A stretch of 64,000 bases of DNA, taken from Gammaproteobacteria bacterium. Its GTDB lineage: Bacteria; Pseudomonadota; Gammaproteobacteria; GCA-001735895. The stretch lies in NCBI GenBank assembly GCA_050298595.1, contig JBNKUM010000118.1:1-64000 (forward strand). The letters run 5' to 3'. Below the pieces are notes generated by a model, which was given only the letters and a program-made list of their open reading frames with translations, had not been told where the DNA came from and searched no databases. This document shows positions 18,297 through 26,592 of the stretch, piece by piece. Made by a program: the position numbers and the translations under genes. The first letter of the stretch is position 1. Every line of letters starts with the position of its first letter.

Positions 18297-18962
18297 ATGT
18301 CCCAAGAACCCGAGTTGATTTCCGACCAGGTGGTGCACCTGGATCGCGCCACCAATGTCCACTGGCATGCACTCGAAGTGGATAAAGCCGCCCGCTCAGC
18401 CGCCAAACAGCAAAAACCGGTGGTACTGTGGTTTACCGGCCTTTCCGGTTCCGGCAAGTCCACGATTGCCAACTTGGTTGAGAAGAGGCTGTTCGCGCGC
18501 GGCAACCACACTTACATCCTGGACGGCGACAATGTCCGCCACGGTCTCAATAAGGACCTCGGCTTTACTGAAGGCGACCGACAAGAGAATATTCGCCGTA
18601 TCAGTGAAGTCGCCAACCTGATGACCGATGCCGGCCTGATTGTCTTGAGCTGTTTTATCTCACCGTTCAAGCAGGATCGGGAACAGGCGCGCAAACTGTG
18701 TGGCGCCAACAATTTTATCGAGATCTTTATCGACACACCGTTTGAGGACTGCGAAGCACGCGACCCGAAGGGGCTGTATAAAAAAGCCCGACGCGGTGAA
18801 ATCAAACACTTCACCGGTTTGGATAGCCCTTACGAAGCCCCGGAAAACCCCCAGATCCATATCCAAACGTCTGAGCAATCGCCTGAAAAGATAGCCAGTG
18901 ATATTGTCGATTACCTGGATCGAGAGAGTTTTCTTACCACTCGGGATGTATCTACTCAATGA
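18297..18962 (+). CDS. cysC: Adenylyl-sulfate (APS) kinase
   Basis: WFTGLSGSGKST, LDGDNVRHGL, DRQENIRR, RDPKGLY, FTGLDSPYEAP. Confidence 0.96.
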   Translation: MSQEPELISDQVVHLDRATNVHWHALEVDKAARSAAKQQKPVVLWFTGLSGSGKSTIANLVEKRLFARGNHTYILDGDNVRHGLNKDLGFTEGDRQENIRRISEVANLMTDAGLIVLSCFISPFKQDREQARKLCGANNFIEIFIDTPFEDCEARDPKGLYKKARRGEIKHFTGLDSPYEAPENPQIHIQTSEQSPEKIASDIVDYLDRESFLTTRDVSTQ

Positions 18963-18964
18963 CC

Positions 18965-18995
18965 CGGGCACGGGACCCTGCAGGCCCCGGGCCCG
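18965..18995. terminator. GC-rich hairpin between convergent cysC and phoH
   Basis: CGGGCACGGGACC and GGCCCCGGGCCCG form a stem with 2 mismatches immediately after the cysC stop. Confidence 0.45.
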
Positions 18996-19033
18996 TTGTA
19001 TTTCTGCTTTCAATCCAGTTGCGACTATCAGAT

Positions 19034-20419
19034 CTAAAGGTTGTCTTCCGCAAACTCCGCCAGTCGACTGCGTTCAATACCGTTGACATGCATAATGCTG
19101 GCGTAAGAATAACTTTTCACTTTTTCAACCAGATAAGTCAAGCCTGAAGTCAACGGTGTAATGTATTTATTATCGATTTGTGCGAGGTTGCCCAGCACTA
19201 TAATCTTAGAATTTTTACCCACCCGCGTAATAATCGATTTCAGTTGAAATTGCGTCAATCCCTGGCTTTCATCAATAATGATATATGCATTATTGAACGA
19301 GCGGCCACGCATAAAGTTCAGCGATTTGAATTGAATATTGGCACGCTCTTTTACGTAATCAATACTACTGAAACTGTGTTCGTCACCGCCGTGCAGAATT
19401 TCGAGATTATCGTCAAAAGCCGCCAGCCAGGGAGTCATCTTTTCTTCTTCAGTACCCGGCAGAAAGCCGATATCTTCCGCGATAGACGGTGTATTACGTG
19501 CCACAATCAATTTGTTGTAACGCTTTTCCTCCATAATAACGTGCAGCCCGTAGGCTAGGGCCAGCAGGGTTTTTCCCGATCCCGCCGGGCCGGTCATCAC
19601 GGTCATATCGGAATCCTCGTACTGCAAAACGAAAAACGCCATCGCCTGCTCCAGATTGCGTGGTCGGATTCCCCAGAACTCCTGATGCATCAGGCTGGAG
19701 CGGTTTAAGTCGATCAGACGGATAAAGTGTTGGTCCACTTCGCTGACAAAGCCGATGAATTCGGAGTCATCCAAAATGAACATATGCGGATAGGCATTCG
19801 GCAAGGTTTCCCGGGCGATAGTATGGATGGTCTCCCGGCCACGGCTTATGGTTTTCACTTTTTCCACCCGTTGCCAGAAGATACCGGGGGTGTATTCATA
19901 ACCTCTTGCCAGCAGATCGATATCATCCAGTACCCGGTCCTTGCGGTATTCTTCCACATGTTCCAGCCCCGATCCCCGGGCTTTGAGACGCATATTGATA
20001 TCTTTTGTTACCAGACACACCAGAGCCTCGGGGCGGCTCGCCTGCAGACTCAAGGCCACGTTGATAATGCGGTTGTCGTTGGCCTGTAGCCGCGTGCCGT
20101 TTAAAAACGGAATATTGTCATCATTTTTAATCAATTGATCCGGAAAGATCGCCAGGGTCCCACTCGGCATGTTCAGGCCGGCACCGGGAAATTTTACGCC
20201 TTCCTGAATTTCCCGGGGTTTGGCATCACTGAGGATATTGTCTATTGACTGAATGGCGATGCGGGCTTCACGGCTTACATCCTTATCCGGCCGGTCTTTA
20301 ATTACATCCAACTCCTCCAGCACGGTCATCGGCAACACCACATGGTGATCGGCAAAAGCACTGATAGCGAGAGGATCGTGCAGCAAGACATTGGTATCAA
20401 GCACAAATATTTTTTCCAT
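19034..20419 (-). CDS. phoH: PIN-domain PhoH family ATPase
   Basis: N-terminal PIN (VLDTNVLLHDP, LEELD, NDNRII, VTKDINMR); P-loop GPAGSGKT; MRGRS; IIDESQ. Confidence 0.93.
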   Translation of the reverse strand: MEKIFVLDTNVLLHDPLAISAFADHHVVLPMTVLEELDVIKDRPDKDVSREARIAIQSIDNILSDAKPREIQEGVKFPGAGLNMPSGTLAIFPDQLIKNDDNIPFLNGTRLQANDNRIINVALSLQASRPEALVCLVTKDINMRLKARGSGLEHVEEYRKDRVLDDIDLLARGYEYTPGIFWQRVEKVKTISRGRETIHTIARETLPNAYPHMFILDDSEFIGFVSEVDQHFIRLIDLNRSSLMHQEFWGIRPRNLEQAMAFFVLQYEDSDMTVMTGPAGSGKTLLALAYGLHVIMEEKRYNKLIVARNTPSIAEDIGFLPGTEEEKMTPWLAAFDDNLEILHGGDEHSFSSIDYVKERANIQFKSLNFMRGRSFNNAYIIIDESQGLTQFQLKSIITRVGKNSKIIVLGNLAQIDNKYITPLTSGLTYLVEKVKSYSYASIMHVNGIERSRLAEFAEDNL

Positions 20420-21071
20420 AAAGACGTACACCTGCTAAAAGTAGACGAGCATTAAAAGCGGGAAGTATTCGCTGGACGCAGCGACAAATTAATAACTGCC
20501 TAAATACGCGATAGATTAAGGTCGAGGTGAAGGTTAGACGGGAAAGGTGTAAATATTTGTTTTGAAAATTACTGATTAAGGATATGCGTGAAATCTTTTC
20601 GGCCGCTTTTCCTGGTTCATGGCCCCGAATCCGCCTGATCGGGATTTGATATGAGACAGAAGTAGTAGCTGTTACTCCGGCCGCTGACATTGCAGCGGGA
20701 AAACGATCTAACAATGGATGTTTCAATACAAACAAGCCCCTAGAGGTTAGATACTCCTTGAATATCATACCAGTTTGAAATATGTCAACAGGGGAAGCCG
20801 CCCCTATTGTGACACACCTATCGCACACTGGCACCTTTCCCAGCGCTCCCCAAAACCGTGGATGCCGCGCCAGCCGCGGCTTACAGGCTTTTTTTAGAAC
20901 ACCATTGGCAGACGTGCCCGGATCTAATTACTGAAAATATAGCGTTATATCGCGACCACCAAGCCGCCCCAAAAACCATGATCAATCGATCTAACCAGTG
21001 TGACACAGTTGGCAGAATAGGAAATATCCAGTTGGCATACTGTCTCACGTAGGCAGTTAGAGACCCGCAAG

Positions 21072-21584
21072 ATGATTCCCACATCAGCAGTAAAGACATT
21101 ACACACGACAAACCTGGCGCAGGAATGTCGTCAAACGCTACAAAGGCAGCGCTATATCCGCTCCACAGTGTCAGCGGTTTTCGCCTTTGCCGCCCTGCCG
21201 TTGGCACAGGCTGGGAGTCTCTCCAAGTCAGCCTCGGACAACCCCCTGAGTGACGCTTTAATCCAAAACCGCTTAAACCACCAATCTATTCACTTTGCAG
21301 CGATTCAACGGCGCCCAGTTCAGAGTGGGAGCACAGTCATTTATTCGCCTTATTATGATGCCCATACGTCCCTCCCCAGTATGGGCGCTGAAAGTATATC
21401 TGGCGCGCAGGAAATATCCGCCGACAATCTGATTGAGGTTCTGGAAAAACGCTTCAATTCTCCAGTATTGATGCTGCTCAACGGCAAATACGAGGGAGGT
21501 GTGGATTCCTTTTCGAAAGGCGTCAGCTATAAAGCCAAATGGTCTAAAAAAGGCTTTCATTTCGAGCTTAAGTACCAATTTTGA
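21072..21584 (+). CDS. Hypothetical exported protein with C-terminal beta-strands
   Basis: Hydrophobic segment ending AQA; ends FHFELKYQF. Start uncertain. Confidence 0.55.
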   Translation: MIPTSAVKTLHTTNLAQECRQTLQRQRYIRSTVSAVFAFAALPLAQAGSLSKSASDNPLSDALIQNRLNHQSIHFAAIQRRPVQSGSTVIYSPYYDAHTSLPSMGAESISGAQEISADNLIEVLEKRFNSPVLMLLNGKYEGGVDSFSKGVSYKAKWSKKGFHFELKYQF

Positions 21585-21898
21585 GACAATTTTTAGACAC
21601 ATCAGGCTAAATCAGGACTGGGAACCAAAATCTGAAACGCTTGAGCGTATCGAATTAGATTTCTTTTTCCCGCCAACGACCCGGTAGACATCGCTAATTT
21701 GTCACGAAAACATCAAATTTCTCTAAACAATTTAATCTACCGGAACCCTCGGCGCAGATACCATTCATACTGTTTAGGGCCGTGCACGACCCACTACCCA
21801 TAAATTTTTACGCTGGCCCTTATCTACTGTAACGCAATTGATTTAATGTCCGTCAATTGATTTACTAGAACCCGCCAGCCACACTTGAGGAATCTGTA

Positions 21899-22864
21899 GT
21901 GCTGATCAAGACTAAAGCGCCGCACCAACTGACTGAAAATGATGTCACCGACCCCAAGCTTTACTGCAATCGTCGCCGGTTTTTAAAAACAGGTCTCTAC
22001 GGCGGCACGGCTCTTTCTCTGGCCAGTTACCTGCCCAATCTGGCTTGGGCTTCAATAGCGGAGTTCAGCGATAAAATCGCCAGCGCACCCAACACCGTAA
22101 AGGTTGATGAGAAATTGAACAACTTCGAGGATATCACCCATTACAACAACTTTTACGAACTGGGCACTGACAAGGGGGATCCGGTGGAGAATGCCGATGC
22201 GTTAGTCACCGCTCCCTGGTCTGTCACCGTGGAGGGGGAATGCGCCAAACCCGGCTCCTACACACTGGAGGACATTCTTAAACCCCACGATTTTGAGGAA
22301 CGCATATACCGATTTCGCTGTGTCGAAGCCTGGTCCATGGTTATTCCGTGGGTCGGCTTTCCACTGGCGGATCTACTGCAGCGTTTCCAACCCAACAATG
22401 ACGCTAAATTTGTCGCTTTCGAAACACTTTACGACCGCAAGAATCCACTGCCGGGGCAGCAGCGTAAGGTCCTGCGCTGGCCCTATCGCGAAGGCCTGCG
22501 CATGGATGAAGCCATGCACCCATTGACACTGGTGGCCGTTGGCTTATACGGCAAACCACTGCCCAACCAAAACGGCGCCCCGCTGCGACTTGTCGTACCC
22601 TGGAAATACGGTTTTAAAAGCATCAAATCGATTGTGAAGATTCGCTTCACCAGAGAGCAGCCCGATACCAGTTGGAATATGTCTGCGTCGTCCGAGTACG
22701 GGTTTTATTCCAACGTAAACCCCAAGGTGAGTCATCCCCGCTGGAGCCAGAGCCGAGAGCGGCGCATTGGCGAGTTGTTTAAACGCGACACCTTGATGTT
22801 TAACGGCTACGAGGAGCAGGTGGCCGGCATGTATCAAGGCATGGATCTGAAACGCTTTTACTAA
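21899..22864 (+). CDS. msrP: Periplasmic methionine sulfoxide reductase, molybdopterin catalytic subunit
   Basis: Tat [52 protein letters not shown]. Confidence 0.97.
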   Translation: MLIKTKAPHQLTENDVTDPKLYCNRRRFLKTGLYGGTALSLASYLPNLAWASIAEFSDKIASAPNTVKVDEKLNNFEDITHYNNFYELGTDKGDPVENADALVTAPWSVTVEGECAKPGSYTLEDILKPHDFEERIYRFRCVEAWSMVIPWVGFPLADLLQRFQPNNDAKFVAFETLYDRKNPLPGQQRKVLRWPYREGLRMDEAMHPLTLVAVGLYGKPLPNQNGAPLRLVVPWKYGFKSIKSIVKIRFTREQPDTSWNMSASSEYGFYSNVNPKVSHPRWSQSRERRIGELFKRDTLMFNGYEEQVAGMYQGMDLKRFY

Positions 22865-22882
22865 GGCATGAGTCGTTGACCG

Positions 22883-23503
22883 ATGCGAGTGACAACCAAA
22901 GTAATAAAAACCCGTATAAAACCTCTTGTGCACCTGTTTGCACTATTGCCGTTTTTGCTGCTGCTTTACAGGCTGCTGAACCAGTCGCTGGGAGCAAACC
23001 CAATTGAAAGCCTCACCCACAGCACCGGACAATGGGGACTGAGATTTTTGTTGCTGACACTTGGTGTCAGTCCCCTGGTAAAAATCACCGGACTCAAATG
23101 GCTTATGCAACTGCGTCGCATGCTGGGACTATACAGTGCGTTTTATGTTTTGTTGCATTTCCTTATCTACCTGGTGTTTGACCAGTCGTTGTCACTGGAC
23201 TATGTTTTAGAAGATATTGGGGAGCGCCCCTACATTACCGCCGGTTTTTTTGGCTTCTTGCTGTTAATACCTCTTGCCGCCACATCGCCTCTGGCCGTGC
23301 GACGGCGTATGGGCCGCCGTTGGAACCAGCTCCACCGACTGACCTACGCCGTGGGAGTGCTGGGTATTATTCACCTGTTGTGGCTTACAAAAGCGGATTT
23401 CGGTCAGGTTTGGATTTACAGTATTATTTTTTTAATCCTTATGCTTTTCCGCCTGCCTATAAGAGCGGGGAAACGATTTTTAAATGCGGTATCTTCTCAA
23501 TAA
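22883..23503 (+). CDS. msrQ: MsrPQ heme-binding membrane subunit
   Basis: GANPIE, RRMLGL, RPYITAG, RWNQLHRLTY; directly follows msrP. Confidence 0.95.
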   Translation: MRVTTKVIKTRIKPLVHLFALLPFLLLLYRLLNQSLGANPIESLTHSTGQWGLRFLLLTLGVSPLVKITGLKWLMQLRRMLGLYSAFYVLLHFLIYLVFDQSLSLDYVLEDIGERPYITAGFFGFLLLIPLAATSPLAVRRRMGRRWNQLHRLTYAVGVLGIIHLLWLTKADFGQVWIYSIIFLILMLFRLPIRAGKRFLNAVSSQ

Positions 23504-23590
23504 CCCGGGGTATTTGTGCCTTCGATCCGGCGGCCATCCGGAGGTAGTTGGCCTGACACTGTGCTTACCCCGGGTTATTGAGAAGTTACC
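23488..23590. mobile_element. Family-A MITE-like element (103 bp)
   Basis: 25-bp terminal inverted repeats GGTATCTTCTCAATAACCCGGGGTA and TACCCCGGGTTATTGAGAAGTTACC (1 mismatch). Confidence 0.88.
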
Positions 23591-23627
23591 TAAATGCGCA
23601 GTTAAACGGCTGAAAACCAAATAAAAA

Positions 23628-24425
23628 ATGAGCCAATTGATCTCCAATAAATACCTGCCAATTTTTTTTCTGATCCTGGCCGGCGTTTGCGCTTCACATA
23701 CCACTCGGAGCGGGGCGCTGAAAATCTACACGGAAGTAACACCCGTTCTCTCTTTTTTAAACAGTGACGGTGAGCTTGTCGGTTCGTCCGTAGAAATTGT
23801 AAGGGCTATCCAGAAAATGGTCGGCAATAACGACCCTATAGAAATAGTTCCCTGGGCCAGGGGCTATAGCTACATTACGCAACCGGAAAAAAGTAATATT
23901 GTTTTGTTTTCCGGCGCCTATACCGAACAGCGGCACAACCTGTTCAAATGGGTCGGTCCGATTGCCAGTGTAAGCTGGGATTTTTTTGCCACAGACGATT
24001 CCGACTTGGAGATCAACTCTCTGGAAGATGCCAAGGCGGTCGCAAAAATTGGCGTAGTCATAAAGGATGTACGGGTCAGAATTTTACAGCAACAGGGGTT
24101 TACCAATCTGGTCGGGGTATCCAATAACGACCAGAATATTAAAATGCTGCTTCGAAAGCGTATTGATTTATGGTTTGGTGATGCCATATCGATTCGTGGT
24201 TACTCAAAACAACAGGGAATAAACCCAATTCGTTTTAAATCCGTATATCACTATGCCGATCAGGGTTTGTTTATTATGTTTCACCACAACACCCCCGATG
24301 CAATCGTCGAGCAATGGCAGCGTGCCTACTGGCAATTGGTAACAAACGGCACCATCGGGAAAATTGCAAAAAAATGGGGCATCACCGTACCGGGTTACCA
24401 TGCTTCGACGAATTCGACCCGTTAA
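23628..24425 (+). CDS. Orphan family-3 periplasmic substrate-binding protein
   Basis: GELVGSSVEIV, VPWARG, FKWVGPI, KMLLRKRIDLW. No permease or ATPase is adjacent. Confidence 0.85.
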   Translation: MSQLISNKYLPIFFLILAGVCASHTTRSGALKIYTEVTPVLSFLNSDGELVGSSVEIVRAIQKMVGNNDPIEIVPWARGYSYITQPEKSNIVLFSGAYTEQRHNLFKWVGPIASVSWDFFATDDSDLEINSLEDAKAVAKIGVVIKDVRVRILQQQGFTNLVGVSNNDQNIKMLLRKRIDLWFGDAISIRGYSKQQGINPIRFKSVYHYADQGLFIMFHHNTPDAIVEQWQRAYWQLVTNGTIGKIAKKWGITVPGYHASTNSTR

Positions 24426-24447
24426 GGAACGGGCACGGAATAACTTC
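24423..24447 (+). repeat. Solo terminal arm of a family-C element
   Basis: TAAGGAACGGGCACGGAATAACTTC compared with TAGGGACGTGCACGAAATAACTTC at 25301. Confidence 0.55.
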
Positions 24448-24455
24448 AAGCTCCG

Positions 24456-25214
24456 CTATATGTCGATACTTATATACTCAAACGCCGCCCCTATTGCCTC
24501 CAACTGAGATGCCATATCTGCCATTGCCGCCGTCACTTGTTGTAAGCCCCCCTTCACGCCCAGTTCCACACGGGGTTTTTCTTCGCTGATGACAGGTAAA
24601 CTAAACACTTTGATGCCGGGATAGGTGACCAGCACACTTTCCATGATGGGTATCATGGCGCTTTCGTACTGTCCGTATACCATTATCGCCCGCTCGGTGT
24701 ATTGATCATCGGCAAGGTGTGCATATCGATTGTCCAGTACCCACTCGATCATCGGTGCCGCCATTTCCGGAAAACCGGGAACAAAGTGGTGATCGCGAAT
24801 GGAAAATCCAGGAATGCGGTTGACCGGGTTGGGAATCAACTCACTGCCCCGAGGGAATTCTATCATGCGATAATGCACCGGTTTCAGTTCACGGTTGCGC
24901 TCGCGGGCAAAGTCCTTGAGGATTTCCAGACCCTGCGGGTGGCGCTCGGTGTGGGAGTTCAGTGCCCGGGCGGCAGCTTCGCGGGTAAGATCATCGGGAG
25001 TGCCACCGATGCCACCGGTGCTAAACACCAGATCCCCACTGGCGAAACTGTCGCGTAAAGTTGCTTCCAGGAGTTCGTTGTCGTCTCCTACAATCCGGCA
25101 CCAGTTCAACGCCAGGCCACGCTGTTTGAGCATTTCCACTACGGCGGGCAGATGTTTATCCACCCTTCGCCCGCTGAGTATTTCGTCGCCGACTATGGTT
25201 AATCCAATACGCAT
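24456..25214 (-). CDS. CinA N-terminal-like molybdopterin-binding domain protein
   Basis: IVGDEILSG, GGIGGTPDDLTR, IPNPVNRIPGF, VPGFPEMA; GAGGAGG RBS before ATG 25214. Confidence 0.9.
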   Translation of the reverse strand: MRIGLTIVGDEILSGRRVDKHLPAVVEMLKQRGLALNWCRIVGDDNELLEATLRDSFASGDLVFSTGGIGGTPDDLTREAAARALNSHTERHPQGLEILKDFARERNRELKPVHYRMIEFPRGSELIPNPVNRIPGFSIRDHHFVPGFPEMAAPMIEWVLDNRYAHLADDQYTERAIMVYGQYESAMIPIMESVLVTYPGIKVFSLPVISEEKPRVELGVKGGLQQVTAAMADMASQLEAIGAAFEYISIDI

Positions 25215-25300
25215 GTAACCTCCTCTCAATAAAATTCCGATTGTAGCGAAAATTTCAGAGCCAGTCCGCTGCATCCCGACTGAAACCTAAAGGCGTTGCG

Positions 25301-25462
25301 TAGGGACGTGCACGAAATAACTTCCGGTTTTCGGTTTCGAGGCGCCCATCTGGTGTCGTTGCGAAAACGCCGGCATAGTGGACCTACGTCAAGTTTTCGC
25401 AACGGCGCCAGGCGGGATGGATCGGAGGCGAAAACCGGGAGTTATTTCGTGCACGTTCCGTA
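25301..25462. mobile_element. Family-C MITE-like palindromic element
   Basis: About 30-bp terminal inverted repeats GGGACGTGCACGAAATAACTTCCGGTTTTCG and CGAAAACCGGGAGTTATTTCGTGCACGTTCC. Inner stem GTTGCGAAAAC/GTTTTCGCAAC. TA at both ends. Confidence 0.85.
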
Positions 25463-25488
25463 TATACCCAAAGCGTTTGAGAATTAAA

Positions 25489-26559
25489 TCATTCGGTTAG
25501 GCAGTTGGGATCGAATCTGTACTTCCCATTCAACCAATCATATATTTCCCGGGCACAGGGGTTGTGAAGGTAGTTTTTATATTTTTCAATCAGGTGGTTA
25601 AGCTCGCCATCGCGCTCCAGGTTGTCCAGACCCTTTACTTGAAAAGGAGCCAGGTCCTGGCTAATAAGACTGGCCAGTTGTTCGCCGCACAAGGTTCTGC
25701 ACACCCTATCAAACAGCGTGTCAGTGCCCTGTTGATCGATATCGGCGCGAGTACTCTCCGTCAGTGATTTCAACGCTATCTGAGATAAGTGGGCCTGATT
25801 CATGGGGTTGATAGCCAGACCTGAAATATGTTCATTGACGACCCGCGCTCTTTCTGAGAATCCGTTGAGGTGAAGGAACAGCGAGCTTTTGGCTCCGTCA
25901 TTGGCCAGCCCATTATCCCAGAGAAAGGGCGGGCGCTGGAGAATGTCGGCAACCTCGCTAATATGTTGACTCGAATAGCTGTCGGAAATCACTTTTGAAC
26001 CGGTCCAGAAGATGTCGATATCAGAATCGAGCCGCGACCCGAGTGTAGTGAGATAGTCCTGCGGCCGTTGACCAAAAACTTTATCCAGTATCGGATCAAA
26101 AGAATAATAGGTGGGGCAGACGATCAGCTTTTTCGCGGTCGTTGTGTCCGCGATTTTGTTGACAATATTTATCTGCAGTTCAGCCAAATTGGCAATGGCT
26201 CCATACATATCATCGAACAAAATGCAGAGAATATCGCAACCCAGCGCATTGAGCTCCCTGACTTTACTCGACAGTTGCGCGGAGACTGTCACTTGGTCTC
26301 CAAGATACGCTTCGAAGGGACTCCAGCCAATTCCGAATTGCAGATTGCGAGTGTGAAACTCAGCCTGTAGATTAACGAGGTGTTCGGCGGTTTCCCGAGG
26401 CCAGGAACACTGCCATTTTTTACGCAGACAGGAATCCGCCTTGGGGGCGTAAATGTAAAAATGATAGCCGTTGTCTTTGAGAAATTCCGCGTAGGCCGCC
26501 CTGACCTGCCAACTCCAGGGAGTACCAAAAAAACCTTCTATTATGCCGCAATTTTTCAT
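25489..26559 (-). CDS. GH84 beta-N-acetylglucosaminidase (O-GlcNAcase/hyaluronidase-like) catalytic domain
   Basis: GIIEGFFGTPWS, YIYAPK, catalytic LFDD, CPTYY, FWTG, WDN..AND. No signal peptide. Confidence 0.88.
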   Translation of the reverse strand: MKNCGIIEGFFGTPWSWQVRAAYAEFLKDNGYHFYIYAPKADSCLRKKWQCSWPRETAEHLVNLQAEFHTRNLQFGIGWSPFEAYLGDQVTVSAQLSSKVRELNALGCDILCILFDDMYGAIANLAELQINIVNKIADTTTAKKLIVCPTYYSFDPILDKVFGQRPQDYLTTLGSRLDSDIDIFWTGSKVISDSYSSQHISEVADILQRPPFLWDNGLANDGAKSSLFLHLNGFSERARVVNEHISGLAINPMNQAHLSQIALKSLTESTRADIDQQGTDTLFDRVCRTLCGEQLASLISQDLAPFQVKGLDNLERDGELNHLIEKYKNYLHNPCAREIYDWLNGKYRFDPNCLTE

Positions 26560-26592
26560 TGGTGACGCAGCTCCTTGAACACTTTGAGGTTC

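Noticed and set aside
19034-20419. PIN-domain toxin or phage phoH
   Set aside because: This is the ordinary chromosomal PIN-PhoH fusion; no antitoxin or phage genes are nearby.
20430-21070. ORFs 20397-20834 and 20881-21207, and possible Pho or CRP boxes upstream of phoH
   Set aside because: The ORFs lack recognisable features, and the motif matches are half-sites only.
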